A DNA stretch of 63,967 nt, the filler included, from Octopus bimaculoides (lineage: Eukaryota), in the NCBI RefSeq assembly GCF_001194135.2. It is 9 parts of 8 records of this genome, joined end to end, with 100 filler letters (N's around TTAATTAATTAA, not from the genome) between each part and the next. Parts side by side here need not be neighbours in the genome. Positions count along the whole stretch, not along the records: positions 1 to 28,026 come from NC_068986.1; 8 more parts are not named here. One strand, 5' to 3'. Made by a program: the position numbers and the translations under genes. Positions 1 to 14,308 of this stretch are shown here, in pieces; within the stretch, counting starts at the first letter, position 1, and each line of letters begins with the position of its first letter. The notes below the pieces were generated by a model, which worked only from the letters and a program-made list of their open reading frames with translations, ran no database searches and had not been told where the DNA came from.

Positions 1-36
<36 letters not shown>

Positions 37-247
37 AAGGGATATGTACAGAAAAAAAATTTAACATTACGATCAGATTGAAGTTTGTTTTATAAACAAT
101 GTTTATCATATCATCGAAGAAATAAATCAACTCCACAAGTCAAAATTTAAGACCTTATGTAATCGGTTATAACTTAACGCTAAATTTCATTCAAAACACT
201 GAAATCAACTTCTCGTGCTGGAAAGAACAACTAAATCTCTGTCTCAC

Positions 248-312
248 CGTGTTCGGGGACATTAGAACATTAGTTAGTGTTTTCCTAGACACTCTAGACA
301 CTCTAACATTAG
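248..312 (-). CDS. candidate internal exon, unknown protein
   Basis: Acceptor ttatctttcag, donor ACG|GTGAGA. 65 nt, only the phase 1 to 0 frame is open: (A)NVRVSRVSRKTLTNVLMSPNT. No homology recognised. Confidence 0.3.
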
Positions 313-2105
313 CTGAAAGATAACGGATGAATTGTTTTCCATAATACATCTGATCGATTTGATTGGACCTAGAGCTACATAAAAATAATTTTATTAACGT
401 CTGAGTGGTGTACGGAGTACTATAGTTGTAGTTAAACTTGGATACTGCCTTATATCCGCACATAAATTCTTTTTAACGACTATTCTGTGCACAAGGATTC
501 CTCTTCTTAGTTGTTAAAGCTTAGAGAAACAATGTTATCATACTTCGAAAAGAAAGCATTAACGATTCGAAATGTTATGGGGTTAAACAGACCTATAGAT
601 AGATGGATGGATAGAAATATCAGAAAGGCATATAGATATATCGGTAGGCTAGAGTTAAATTATTTTATATAGGGGTTAGCACAAGAATGAAGTTAGTTTT
701 GTTATGAGGCATAATAAACATTTTCTTTTTATATTTATAGCAGAAGGCATTGACCATGGCCACTGAGACTAGTAGGCAAAGAAAAGATGGTATCCACAAA
801 CTGAAGACCTGGCTTGCATGCTAGCAATAGTGTGGAAACCGCTCTAAGACACCTAATGTGCCAAGTGATAGTGTTATATAGGTTGGCAGAGTAAATCTAC
901 CATCCAAGTTGGCCACAACAGGATTTGAACGGATAACGCCAAGAACCGGAACAAATACCGTAAATCATCAGGTCTGAAATTCTTACTACGCTTCTCTCAC
1001 CCGCCTTCGATTAATTCTTTTTAATGTACGCTTTTAAATAACTGATGTCCATCTCATCAATGTATTTAACTTCGGTTTGATCTTTATGAATGAAATTACG
1101 TCTGAACAACTAAGATTTATAATACAAAATGTTATATTAACTTCATAAGAACTTATTACAGACAAAGAAACATATACTGCACCAACGAGGCGAAATCGAG
1201 TATTTGTAACTGTCAAATAACAGAATGCTTTCCAATCCTACATATATTATTCACTTGAAACCCGTTTCTCTCTTGGTATTTTAATTTAATTTTCCTTTTT
1301 TAAAATGTTAAATGTCTTGTGGGTTAGCATAACCGGGTGGTTTAAACTAATACATGAATATGTTATAACATATACTAATATCCAGCATAGCAATACGCCT
1401 CACCTAGATTTCATATTTGCATTATTAAATGTATATATTGAGTGCAACCCCGTTAGCTTTAATTACTAAGTGGATATATAAACGCAATAAACTTTAAAAG
1501 CAAATGACATTTTACATATAATACTGCAAAGTAAAACACAGATTTTTCTACTAAACTTTGATATCGTGCGATCGACTGCACAGTAGATTCATGGTTCTAA
1601 TCTAGACAGCGGATATATTTTCTGCTTCTGTCTGAGATTGGGGATTATAATTCATATCATTTTACTTGACAAATCAGTGACTTCTTTCATTATTAATTAA
1701 TGTCATTTTGTGTTTTAATTCCTAAATATTTTCTATCAGATTGTTTCATTGTGTGAGACTTCAATGACAATGGTTAGCTTTTTCTTCTCTATTTATCTTA
1801 ATGTTATTTTTTATAATATCCTGTTTATATTTCCGTTTCATTGTTTCTAAATTTCTTCGGATATTTCGATCGTTATAAACTGTCAGTTTTATTGTTTTAG
1901 TTTATTGATTGCTTGTCTAAGTGTTTACAACTTTGTTTATGACTTTATTGCTTGATTGACTTGGTGTGCATGAATTTATTAATAAAGGGTAAATGTCACT
2001 CATTGATGTTAAGGAAATTACTTTAACAAGCAATATGAAAGATATCCAATTCACAAAATAATTTATTGGTGTCTTTAAAACATTTTTTCAACATCATAAA
2101 TTTGA

Positions 2106-2423
2106 GACAGATTTCTTTTTGCTGAAATATTAAGCTGTCTACAGGATGCACATAAACAATGTTTTATACTCATAGAAACTATGGCTTATGAATTGATTCA
2201 CAAGAAAGTAGTGCATCAAGATATCGCGTTACCTTCAAATTATATTTATAGTCTGAGGACTTGCAATGGATTGGATTCTTTTAAAGACATCTCAGAGTCA
2301 GATGAAAAGCCTAAACAAACTGACGAAGTTGCATACCTTTATCCTTATTTATTGCGACAGTACTTTTCAAGTAAAAGTGAGATGTTGAGCAAACTAGATG
2401 AAATGAAATTCTATACCAGATGA
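2106..2423 (+). CDS. candidate coding exon or ORF, unknown protein
   Basis: About 105 stop-free codons of complex sequence (...DAHKQCFILIETMAYELIHKKVVHQDIALPSNY...EVAYLYPYLLRQYFSSK...) in AT-rich DNA. Possible acceptor at 2144 and phase 1 donors near 2370 and 2376. Confidence 0.3.
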   Translation, partial: DRFLFAEILSCLQDAHKQCFILIETMAYELIHKKVVHQDIALPSNYIYSLRTCNGLDSFKDISESDEKPKQTDEVAYLYPYLLRQYFSSKSEMLSKLDEMKFYTR

Positions 2424-4208
2424 ACCGTAAAGATCATATCCGCAATTTGTTTTCTTCTAAACAAAACCTAAAACCATTTAATTCGACATTAGTTAAAGTA
2501 AAATCCAATTTTCTGTAGCCCAATTTTACCATAATATTTTGGTTCCATTAAACTATCTTTTACAACGTTCATATTGAGAGTATTATTTTATGAAACTTTT
2601 ATTCGGACATGTTACAGACTGTATGGTTTCTTTGTAGAGTGCATACTTCGTCATATATGCATATTTCGAAAAAAGTTTTAGGTTGTCATCAACATATTTA
2701 ATAAAAAGAGAATTGAATTCTCAAGGAATAATTATGCGTTGAAAAGAAACTAGCCCATGTTTTAAAAGTACGTACAGCAAACAGAATTGTTTCCGTCTTA
2801 TAATAAACTTATCTATGAAACATACACTACCCTGAAAAGTTTCCGAAGGAGTGAAGGGTGAACCATCGAATAAATGTACAGGAAGAAGAAAATTGTTATT
2901 GTTCTGGGAATATATAAGGCACAGAAAGCCATACACACAAAAATAGATAGATAAGTTAGTGTAAAACCATTTCATGTAGAGAGTATAAGAAAACAACAAA
3001 CAAGAAAATAAATACTTATTTTCTTAAGTAAATTGATAGAGAGATCGAAACACCGATATATATGGCTAAATTTTTCTAAACATATTTAATATAGTGAGTA
3101 TAAAAAATAAACTAGAAATTATTACGGCATTAAAAAAAAAAATTATTGTATGTATGTGTGTGTGCGTGTATGTGTGTGTATGTGTGGTGTTTGTTATTTT
3201 AATTGTTCTGGTTAGTACTAGAGATAACTAAGGACATGGTTTAGTCCAGTTATATCATCAACGAAAAAATCTGCACAGTATTAAATCAAGGTGTGTTAAT
3301 GGAATCATTCAGTGTATTTACAAGAATAGATATTGATTGTTGTAAAAGAATACATTTAAATAGGAAAAGAGGACGGAGAAGTTGAATTGAGGAAGACTGA
3401 TGAAAAAATAATGCAGATAGGAACCAGGAAAATGAAAGAGAAAAACCTGAAAAAATACAATTGATACAGGGTAAGCAAGCAAGAAGCAATTGAAAGAAGC
3501 AAAGTGGAAAAGATTGGGAAAATGTGAACTAGCGACATATAAAAATTAGATTTACATTTATTTTAAATAAAAGTTGCCATTTTAATTCAATTTATCATTT
3601 CGTTTCCCCAACATGCTTACATTTTTACTTTCAGAATAAATTTAAGCTGTCACATTTTCAGAGATATGATACAAACTAATAACGGTGTATTCAAATAGTG
3701 TTTACTCCTGTATGCTTCCATGTATAAATATAAGTGTGCTGGCATCACCATGTGGTTATGAATCACAGATTGTAATCATAAGATTCTAGTTCAATGTTAC
3801 GTACCTCAATGTGTAAGGGTATTCAGCAATATTCTTGAATCGAGCTAAGTCTTGCGATTGAAATTCATCTACCAGGTAATCTACTACGTAACAACAACAA
3901 CAACAACGTATATTGCATGTTTGAAATGTATAAAATTGAGTGAACCATCATGATCATAAAAAAACGAATGATGGCATTCTATAAAGAAACATTGCAATGC
4001 AAATGCTCTTTTTACTAAATACACGAATTAATTAGTAAAATCCTATCATGTCACTAGACAAAGGATTAAAAATGAAAATGGATATTATTTATCGTCTTAG
4101 ATGTATCTTGTCTGGAGTAAATACCGCATCATCATTGCTGATATACTTTGGATGTTGATATACTCAATCAATCGAGTTTGGAGACGTGAGATCTTAATCA
4201 AATATATA

Positions 4209-4404
4209 TTGATTTCAAGTTCTGGCACAAGGCCAGCAATTTTAGGAGGGGTGCAAGTCGATTACAACGAGCCCAGTGCTCAACTGATACTAACTTTATT
4301 GATCTTGAGAGGATGAACGGCAAAGTCGACCTAGGTGGAATTTGAACCCAGGACGCAAAACCGCTGAGCATTTTACTGGTGTCGTAACGATTCTGCCAGC
4401 TTGC
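4209..4404 (-). mobile_element. tRNA-derived SINE, family B, decayed
   Basis: Reverse-complement match to the well-preserved copy at 52781-53090 (aaagtcgacct...gaatttgaac). Confidence 0.8.
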
Positions 4405-4707
4405 AGTTTGCTTGTAGTGCTACCACTAAAGGGGAGATAACCTCTTATAATCAAATAGACATTAGCTTGCTAATCAAATATAGATTAATACAAAAATTCT
4501 AGCAACAGAGACAATAAAATAAGCCATCCTAGAGCCAAGGAACTTTTTGTCTTCTCTCTCAAAAATTGATATTTATAACTTCTGATATTGTTTCCATTAA
4601 ATTCATCACATTTAATTCATTCATAATTTCTTTCTTGAGTTATTTTAGGTCGTAAATATCAATCAATAGTGAAGCAACTCACTATGTTGTGTATTGGTGT
4701 ATTTAAT

Positions 4708-4756
<49 letters not shown>

Positions 4757-5674
4757 GAAGTTAAACTTGTGCTGCTATTTTAAGTAAATGGTCAGTTATT
4801 GTGTAATGATAAATGTAAAACAATTAAAACAGCAGACGACAATACATTTTAGTGACCAATTTATCACACAAATAAATTAATAGTTACTGTGTTGTGTAAT
4901 ACGAAAATCCCTTGCTTAATAAACAAAACATACGTGATTTGTCCCGTTAATAGGCCTGATTCTTTTCCTCTATCTCAAATGATACTTACATCTTATATAA
5001 ATATCATTCATTAGTGTTTATAAATAATATCATTTTATCATAAATATCGTTCGTTCTGGAATCTAATATCATTTTGCGTCTAATATCTGAGCCTGTGATT
5101 TGCAATATAAGAACATGGTTCAAATAATTCTTGTCTTTTATCAAATATCAACTTTCAATTATATACTTTAGTTAAATGTTATTCAGAAGTGTCGGATTAG
5201 CAGAATCCTTAGCAAAGTCATAATGACAATAAATTATTAAGCATTTGTAAAACTGGCGGTACACCAACATGGTCACAGCCTCATAGCTGAAACATATAAA
5301 AGAATAAAGGAATATTATGTCTTAATATACAATGCTACAGAAATCTTTTTTGTCTTTTGTTTCTGTATTCACTAAAGGCAGCTAAGATGATATAAACGAG
5401 AGCTATTTCTCCACAATATCGTGGCGGCTTTGTGAAGAAGTTATGTATCTAGCTTTAAACATTCAAAAAGCAATCTCGAGCATCCTGTAGGTGGCAGTGT
5501 CACGGGTGATTTGCAATAATGAGGACTTTTGGGACACGGGCTGTGGCTTGGCAGTATCTCAATATGTTTACCTCCGTAAAGTCTGATAATTCACAGTCAA
5601 AAGAATCAATTAGTTTTATATCTACTTATATAGAGATACTATAGGACCAGATTAACAAGTTTAATATATACTGT

Positions 5675-5815
5675 ACAGGGTGCCTGTCCGTGGCAAGATC
5701 ACCTCTTTTTTGCGAATAGATGTGTTTTGCTCAAGAATACTATGCATCGTCCGGTCCAGGAATCGAAACCACAATCATGAACGCAACTCCCTAAACACAA
5801 GTTCAAGTGCCTAAC
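5675..5815 (-). mobile_element. tRNA-derived SINE fragment
   Basis: ccggtccaggaatcgaaacc is a reversed B-box head, next to tgttttgctcaagaa, the reverse of the ttgagcaa core. Confidence 0.6.
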
Positions 5816-6912
5816 ATACACCTACACACACACCATTTTCCCACATTATTCATGCGACCATTAGCTTTGGGAAGTACGTAGAAAGAACCTAAATAGCTAG
5901 TACCAGCAAAATCTGTAACGTTCTGATAATGAAATTTGACCATGAAATCTGTTGTGGTCATATATTGAGTATGAGTGGATTATAAACGATCTGGAGATCG
6001 ATAATGACGAAGGTGAGGCGATGAGTTTAGGACTGGTCAAGGTTGACCACGTGGAATTTGCGACGGCAGCACGAGACTTCAGTGCGTGTGTGTGTGTGCG
6101 TCTGTACTTGTGTGCGTCTGTATATGTGTGTGTATCTATGTGTGTGTGTGTCTGTGTGTGTGTACATACGTACACTCCTAACAATATATTTTTATAATGC
6201 ATATTTGATAAGTATATCGTTTCTAATTCTTCATATATTTCCACACATCTTCGAGCTATCACTGTAGTTGATGAAGCTTGTAGTTCTCGGTACTTCTGCA
6301 CAATATATTCCCTTCTATAAGATTTCTTTAACATTTTTCCTGTGTGGTTACATTAAGTTTGTTACTATTATATTATTTAAGCATTTTGTTCATATGAATT
6401 CGTTATTTATAATCCTACGTTATAATCCTACCTCTAAATATTTACACAATTATAATGTTATATGATTTCTTTTTGTGTATATCCTCATTTACTTTTGCCA
6501 AAGATAAATGCTACCAGCTTACATTATACTTCATCAAAGTATTGTACAACAGGTACTTACAAAATATATTATGTAATAATTTTTTTTATCCATGGTTATG
6601 TGGTTAAGACGCTTGCTTACAAACCACGTGGTTTCAGGTCTACTCTCATGGCGATGCATCCTTGGCAAGTGTCGCGTTATATAACGGTGGACCAACGAAG
6701 GTTTCATGTGTACATTTAGCTGTAAAAAGTTGGAAGCTGAACCCAAAGGTTCAATTTACAACCGATATGTTGGTGTAGTCGTCACTTAGGTGACGGAGAG
6801 TGGACCGGCATTGCTAGAAATGAGAGTCAAAACAACTCGTAGCTACGTGAGAGCACTTTTCTAACTACTAACAAGGGAGACAAGCAAGATGGATTCATAT
6901 TGCTGATTTCAG

Positions 6913-6956
6913 ATTTGATTATTCTTCATCAGCGACCCATTACTCCGTCGCCGAGG
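6913..6956 (+). CDS. candidate small exon
   Basis: Acceptor gctgatttcag, donor GAGG|GTGAGA. Phase 1 to 0: (D/N)LIILHQRPITPSPR, phase-compatible with exon 7219. Confidence 0.3.
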
Positions 6957-7218
6957 GTGAGAACCTCACTCACCCTGTCAGCCTTATAGACAACACCATA
7001 AGATCTTGTCTTTTTTGTCAGTCATTAGAAAAGTTCTCTCCCGTGGCTAAGAGTTGTTTTTTACTCTTATTTCTAGCAATGCCGGACCTCACTAGCAAAC
7101 TCCATCAACTTAGTATTGCTTTTCAGTTGTAAATTGTGAACAGCCACCTTAATAATTTATAATTCTCACTTCATCATTTTGGAAACCAGTCAATGTTTCT
7201 TTTTGTGTTTTCTATAAG

Positions 7219-7313
7219 GTTGTGAGCGCAGCTGATGATCCTAAGTCATTGGCACTAAAGGTGAAATCAATTGATGTTGATAAGACTGTACTTTTCTTGG
7301 TGTTTTTGCAAAG
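7219..7313 (+). CDS. candidate internal exon
   Basis: Acceptor ttttgtgttttctataag, donor AAAG|GTAAGG. Single open frame VVSAADDPKSLALKVKSIDVDKTVLFLVFLQ. Confidence 0.45.
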
Positions 7314-7499
7314 GTAAGGACTTTTTCCTTATATTCGCCATGTTAATCATGCGTGTTTTGTTTATAGTGAGAAATATGTGGCTTTGGCGAGTTGACTCTT
7401 CTTTCTAGTATAGCTAGTACACATTTTTATGCCCTAAATGTTTCTGTATATTTCCCTATATTGGTTAAGCTTGCTGGCCACGTAATTATTATTATTATT

Positions 7500-7959
7500 G
7501 AGTGAGAGAGCAGTGCATGCTATCAAAGTGACATTATACTCATCATGGCTACCCGTCTAAGGGTAAACCAGGCACATGCATCACAGCCATATGTGCACGA
7601 CATGGTGTTCTCATATCAAAATAAACAGCGCATGACCTCGCAGGTGGCGCCCAGTTAGAATTTTCTTCAAGTCGAGTAGCCTATCCCACTCAAAAGATCG
7701 CTGAATAAGGTTTGTTTAAGGACGTTGAGGAAAACACCCAGATTCCCAAAGGTTAATTATTCAAACCCTAAAGAATTCCTCTCCACACATGGCTATGATG
7801 CTCCCCCACTACTACTGCTCATGATCTGAGATGCACATATCGTCAGCCACCAAGGGACATGCTCAACTGGTTAAGGTCAAACAACTGACAAGCAAATCTG
7901 TGGTAGTGTGCAGAATATTTGCCGTAGCCCATCTTTTATACCAAGACAAAACAATGTAC
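7500..7959 (-). mobile_element. non-coding interspersed element flanked by (AAT)n tracts
   Basis: Its two ends match, in reverse, 12528-12708 and 12821-12915. (TAT)n lies on both sides. Confidence 0.75.
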
Positions 7960-7967
7960 TATTATTA

Positions 7968-8037
<70 letters not shown>

Positions 8038-8134
8038 TATTTTATGTATATATGTACGCACATAGTAAATATGTGTGCGTGCGCGTGCGTAGACGTGTGC
8101 AAGTGTGTGTGTGTGTTTTCGTGTGTGTGTGCCT

Positions 8135-8172
<38 letters not shown>
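7960..8172. repeat. (TAT)n/(AAT)n inverted microsatellite followed by (GT)n
   Basis: Directly visible. The strand switch is at TTAA 8004-8007. Confidence 0.95.
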
Positions 8173-8174
<2 letters not shown>

Positions 8175-8793
8175 TTTTCTCAACACTACGTGTTGCTTGT
8201 AAATGAGAGCCATAATCGTACAAGTGATGTTCTTTACCAATCTTTCATACCTGACCATTTTTAAATATTACGTTGCTTGGGAATAAATGCATGTTGGTGA
8301 CACGAATGTTACCAGTCCTTAGAAAATCTGCTCCATTGAATTACCTCTCAGCCATTCAAGCTTACAAAAGTGGATGTTAAAACGTTTTATGTTGATGAGC
8401 AGGATGAAAATGAGAATAAGTATGATGTCTGTGGTGCACCATATTTCACTCATAACCACTATTTAGTTTCAACCGTCTTTGATATTGTTTTTGTCTTTTT
8501 TTATCTTCGCTTTGGACATTTGAAACAAGAAGAGTTTTATTAATAGTATCGTGTTAATTAATCTTATCAATTATATTAATATTTTCTTTGTTTTTTTTTT
8601 CCTTTCTGAAGATCTGAATTTCTCTGATAAATTATCGTACTTACAATTTCTTTTAAAAATTATGTTGTTACAAGTTATAGTAGACTTAATATTGTTTTCT
8701 ATTTTAGACTTCCTATGGCGTCATTTTAATGAATGTTCTAATTCATACAGAGTACTCGCTTAACGTTTTGCCTATAAATCTTACATAATTTTG

Positions 8794-9115
8794 TGAATGC
8801 GCATAGCTTAGTGCTTAGAGCATTCGGCTTACGATCGCAAGATCGTGAGTTCAATTCTCGATGACGGTTGTGTCCTTGAGCAAGACTCTTTATCTCTCGT
8901 TGCTCCAGTCCACTCAACTGACAAAAATTGCGTGGTACTGGTGTTTCAAAAGCCAGCATTGTCACTCTCTATGTCTCGCTGAATCTCCCTGAGAATTACG
9001 TTAAGTGTACACGTGTCTGCGGAATGCTCAGCCACATGCACGTTAATTTTATGAGCAGGCTCTTCCCTTGATCGGATCAACTGGATCCCTCGTCAACGTA
9101 ACCGACGGAGTGCCA
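8794..9115 (+). mobile_element. tRNA-derived SINE with tgtgtccttgagcaag core and family-A tail
   Basis: A-box-like gcatagcttagtg and B-box-like gagttcaattc. The 3' ~190 bp is shared with 10178 and 26535. Confidence 0.85.
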
Positions 9116-10177
9116 GCTGAAATTACATAATTTATAAAAAGAGAGAGTCTTTGAATTTTTGAACTAGAAAAACTCTGCTTCTATAATCGACTTGACTGAA
9201 AAATTTGGAAGCCGTTTCTTTTTACAATATTGTTTGAATTAAAACTATTTGTTGTATATTGTTTTGAGTTATTGTTTTCTTTTTGTTATAAATAGTGTTG
9301 TTATTAATGGTGTATTTATACACTAATCATCTTTCGAAAAGTCATCAGATTTACGAAATGGTAGAATTTTTTTTCAAAATAAAAGGCAATAGTTGATCAA
9401 CATATATCAAAGAGGCCTATGATATAAAAAACATTCCATCCATGGTCAGTGTGTCTTTTATTTAATAACAATCTGTGTAATATACCATTCTATTTTTTAA
9501 ATGGCTGATGTGATATCGATGCTGATATATACATATTTAGAAGGTTTCACCACCTATATATTCCCGCTTAGCTAGTAATTTTCTTAAGTAGAATGTATAT
9601 TTAAACAAAAGATAACGCTGAAATCCAATTTACAATTGCATTTACAATCCTATTAATTTTTTCTGCAAATTATAAAAAGGCTTAAATATTCATATTTACT
9701 TTAAATATTAATCTCCTTTTCTTTATCCCCGCATATTAATTAGAAAAGGATAAGCCGATATAATTAAAAGATATATGAGGTTCCTTTTTTTTATATACTG
9801 CATTTTTTTCTTTACTTGAATTAAAGAGTATGTGATTAGCATAAAGGAGGTTTAAATATTTACCTGCTCTATAAAATAATTTTCTCACACACACTTCAAT
9901 TAAATATAAGAGGATATCATTAAAAATATAGATTGGTTGTATGAATAAACATTTCAAAATTTATATTGTATAGTTTGTTTATGTTTTATATTTATTTTAT
10001 TTTCTATTCTTACTTATCAACGGTTGCGTCATTCATTTTCAAAGAATCCACCAATCATTGGTTTTCACAGCATTTAAGATGTCAATAACCTCAAATGTGC
10101 GTAAATGCAACTAAAGTGGATCGAATGCATTTCAAATTATTCTTGTTGAAAATCACCGGTTTTATAGATGCGTAGGT

Positions 10178-10529
10178 GGAGGCGCAATGGCCCAGTGGTT
10201 AGGGCAGCGGATTCGCGGGCGTTGTGAGTGTTTATTGAGCGAAAACACCTAAAGCTCCACGAGGCTCCGGCAGGGGGATGGTGGCAAACCCTGTTGTACT
10301 CTTTCACCACAACTTTCTCTCACTCTTACTTTCTGTTTCTGTTGTGCTTGTAATTCAAAGGGTCAGCCTTGTCACACTGTGTCACGCTGAATATCCCTGA
10401 GAACTACGTTAAGGGTACACGTGTCTATGGAATGCTCAGCCACTTGCACGTTAATTTCACGAGCAGGCTGTTTCGTTGATCGGATCAACTAGAACCCTCG
10501 ACGTCGTAAGCGACGGAGTGCCAACAACA
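10178..10529 (+). mobile_element. tRNA-derived SINE, family A
   Basis: A box tggcccagtgg, no B box recognisable, tail ...gacggagtgccaacaaca. CpGs are intact. Confidence 0.9.
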
Positions 10530-11199
10530 TATAGATGTGTAGATATTGGCGTAAGATATACATACATGGCTGTTTCATTCATATTTGGTTTCGAAGAAAT
10601 GCCATCACAATGTATGTTATACCGCTTCCTTTTTAGTGTAGTCAACCTTTCAATCTCCACTTCACAACGTAATATTGGTGCTGCCGATAGGATTTGGAGA
10701 ATTGGTAGTACCTGATCTTAATTTTAGTAACATCAGCTTAAAATATCTTTCAACAACTTCTAGGAGAATAAAACTACAGAACTCTGAAAATAGTAAACAA
10801 ATACCACATCTCTTCATAACTAAAGCCTTATATGAACATGTTAAGAGTCCCTGTGATGTAGCCAAGCGTGATGGAGGAGAGGAACTTTACAGATATAAGA
10901 GATTACGACATCCTGGATAATATCAAAGAAGTGGTTGTTGCTGAAATGCAAGCTCTCTGACACTAAGACACATTATGAAAGTTCAACAGAATGCATACAC
11001 CTTTGATTCTTTTGGGAATTTAATTAGTTGCAGAGAAAATGGCTATTAACTCCTGCACATTGCTGTTACTAGTTTTTATTGGCCACATTCAGCAGTTTAG
11101 AATGATACAGATTTTACTTTCCCTCCTACTAATATTAATATTAATCATATGCTAAAAAATTGTCAGTGTCACATGTTGACAAAAATTGTAGTTTTGTGG

Positions 11200-11500
11200 C
11201 TATACCGATAATATGAGAAAGTGTACCTCTTTTATGACAATATGCTTTATGTATAAGAAGAAACAGTTTCAGTCAGTTTGTCCTTATTCTGAGGAGAAAT
11301 GTGAGAAAGTTGAGAAAGTTGACTGTGATACAGGTGTTGACCAAGTGTCGATCAACGTCTTTGTAACTGGGACAGAGCAGCCAACGAACTGGCTTTCGTT
11401 AAAGCAATGGACAATTGGAAGGAGAACTCGACAGCGATTTCATTCTTATCACAAAGAACATGTGGCCTACCATTGAATCCCAGTTTCTGATGATACCCAG
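11200..11500 (+). pseudogene. possible decayed hAT (ZMYM1/TTF zinc-finger type) transposase fragment
   Basis: Frameshifted ELAFVKAMDNWK...RQRFHSYHKEH resembles the AF..GF.NWKKA.ERF..H motif. Confidence 0.3.
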
Positions 11501-12527
11501 GAAATAACAAGAGGGAAGATGTCCCTCGGGTTATTGCTTTGGATATGCCTGTTATGCTCTATAAAAACAACGTTCTATTTTAATGTACGTTGGAAAATAC
11601 ATTAGATGTTACCGGTATGATGATTTATCAGAAAAACTCTTGCATTAACCGTTGATGACTTGCAGTAATAAATAAAAACAAGTTTACCTGGTATGGATAT
11701 TATTTTTGGAAATGACAGTCTCTTATGAATTTATTCTTGCATATTCTGGAAAAAGTTACTGGATTTGCAGCCCTGTGAAGAAAGCCCTCGACGTTTTCAG
11801 GAAAGAAGGTGCATACATCCTTTGAAACATTAAAGGAATAATAGCCTGAAATATATTTACGTATAGATATCTAATAAAACAAAAGAGGTCATAGTCACAA
11901 TAGATGCTAGCCAACATTCAATATCAGGGTACTGGCTTAGAATGATCTTTCATATTTGTTATGATGTGTATCTGAAGGGGAATGTAACTATTCTCATATT
12001 GTAAGATTGTCTTTGTCGATAGACTGCATATTTTATTAAAACAAGAATGTTCCTTGAGAACTGACAACTGCAATAGGGAAATGCATAACATAACATGCAA
12101 ATTCAAATAGCTGCTTTTGGGAACAAGATTTTATACATGTAAGCTTGTTGATGTTCTTTCATGAATTAATGTTAATGAGCCAGTAAAGTCAGAAAAAAAA
12201 ATGGAATAGATATATCCCTTATTTATTACGTGGAAACAGATGTATTGAACATTAAACAGTTACAGATTGAAACAAAGAATGTTGCAGTTTTGTGTAGGAT
12301 TGTTGATTGAATCAAAACGAATAGAAGGAATAATCTCCCAATGATTGTTTATCTCATTACTTTGAAACAACGCAAAAAAAACATTAACTGCTGAATGGGA
12401 ATATTGTTGTCTCTGCGCTATTATGGCTTATTTCCATAGAAAAGCAATTTGATGACGTTCATTGTAAGGCTACATGACAGCTTGGTTATTCTAATTATGT
12501 CAAAAATTATATTTGAAATGGTCCTAA

Positions 12528-12920
<393 letters not shown>

Positions 12921-12974
12921 CACATTGCCTAAAGTATTCCTAGAAATACAATGGAAGAACAGAAAAGAGTATAT

Positions 12975-13192
12975 TTCTTTCTTAATTGCCCACAAGCGGC
13001 TAAACATAGAGGGGACAATCAAGGACAGACAGAGGGATTAATTCGATTACAACGACCCCAGTGCCTAACTGGTATTTATTTAATCGACCCCGAAAGGATG
13101 AAAGGCAAAGTCGACCTCGGCAGAATTTGAACTCAGAACGTAGCGGTAGACGAAGTACCGTAAAGCATTTCGCCCGATTCTGCCTGCTCGCC
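12975..13192 (-). mobile_element. tRNA-derived SINE, family B
   Basis: cgaccccgaaaggatgaaaggcaaagtcgacctcggcagaatttgaactcagaacg. Confidence 0.9.
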
Positions 13193-14177
13193 GACTTAAA
13201 AAGGTATGTTGGGTGAACGGAATGAGTTGATTGGTTGCGGCTGTTAAGACGCTGACGGGTTTGCACCACTGACTAGTCTCTGAAATTGTTTCAATTATAG
13301 TACTTTTTGGCATTGGAGGCAAACACACACACACACACACGCATGCACACAGGAGCAGGAATATTAACATACATAGAGAATGAGAGCGAATGGGAGAAAG
13401 AAAGATAATTACAATTTATCTAAAGTCATCTACGCTCGTCTACAATTGGGTTATCGGAAGTTGCCTGTCAGCAATTTCATTTTTAGCTTAAATGTAAAAC
13501 GAGAGAGAGACAGACAGAAAGATAGAGACAAAGAGAAAGAGAAAGAGAAAGAGAGAGTTGGGAGATAGAATGAACAAGAGAGATATTAGTATGTTTATGC
13601 CATAAAACATCGAATGAGACTGAAAGATCTTCTTATATCCTTTGGTTACAGCTGGAATATTGCTGTTCATAGACCTTCTCAATTAGATCTCACATGTGTG
13701 TTAGCAATACCAACAACATACCATAGATAGATCCTTTTTCTTGTAGTGTATTATATTACATATTGTAAAACAATCATAGATAACCTTAGACATTTCACAG
13801 GAGAATATCATTTAAGAAACCAGTAAGAGTTTAGGGTTTATTTTAGGGATTATGGCTCAGATAAATAAAAAACTAAATAAATAAACAGAAGTAAAGCGTT
13901 CCGGGCCATCCCGCTGGTGTCCGAGACTAGTATCAATAAATGAGGAAGATTATACCAGACCAAAGATGTTATGACCCGTGTGCTTGTAACATTAAGGTCT
14001 CCATAAAAGAAAAAAAAATGTTGTCATCGAAATAAATGACAGGTTAGTTCTACCACCAATTAACAAATATATGTATGTGTGTGTGTGTGGGGGGTCGCTT
14101 TGTCATACTTGGTGAAGTACCAGACTACCGCGGAAAATATAGAATGTCGAAAAACTTGTTGAACCACTTAAACTCAC

Positions 14178-14308
14178 CACTTGGTCCATGTGTGCCCTTA
14201 ACAGAGTCCACTTTCTTGGCAAACATTGGAATATGTCTCCAGTTTGAGAGACTCTTCGTTTTTCCCTCTCACCAAGCTGGAGTGTTCTATAAAGAATAGT
14301 TGGTCTTG
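14178..14308 (-). CDS. candidate internal exon, unknown protein
   Basis: Strong acceptor ttttatttcacctttag and donor GTG|GTGAGT. 131 nt, only phase 1 to 0 open: RPTILYRTLQLGEREKRRVSQTGDIFQCLPRKWTLLRAHMDQV. Confidence 0.55.

Noticed and set aside
8250-8362. Minus-strand exon ...FLRTGNIRVTNMHLFPSNVIFKNGQ with a strong GTATGA donor
   Set aside because: The good acceptor is out of frame and would need a 1-nt indel, and the in-frame acceptor is poor. It also abuts an equally unproven plus-strand candidate (8352-8419).
8794-10260. tRNA genes
   Set aside because: The A- and B-box-like sequences are SINE heads. They form no complete cloverleaf and continue into SINE bodies.
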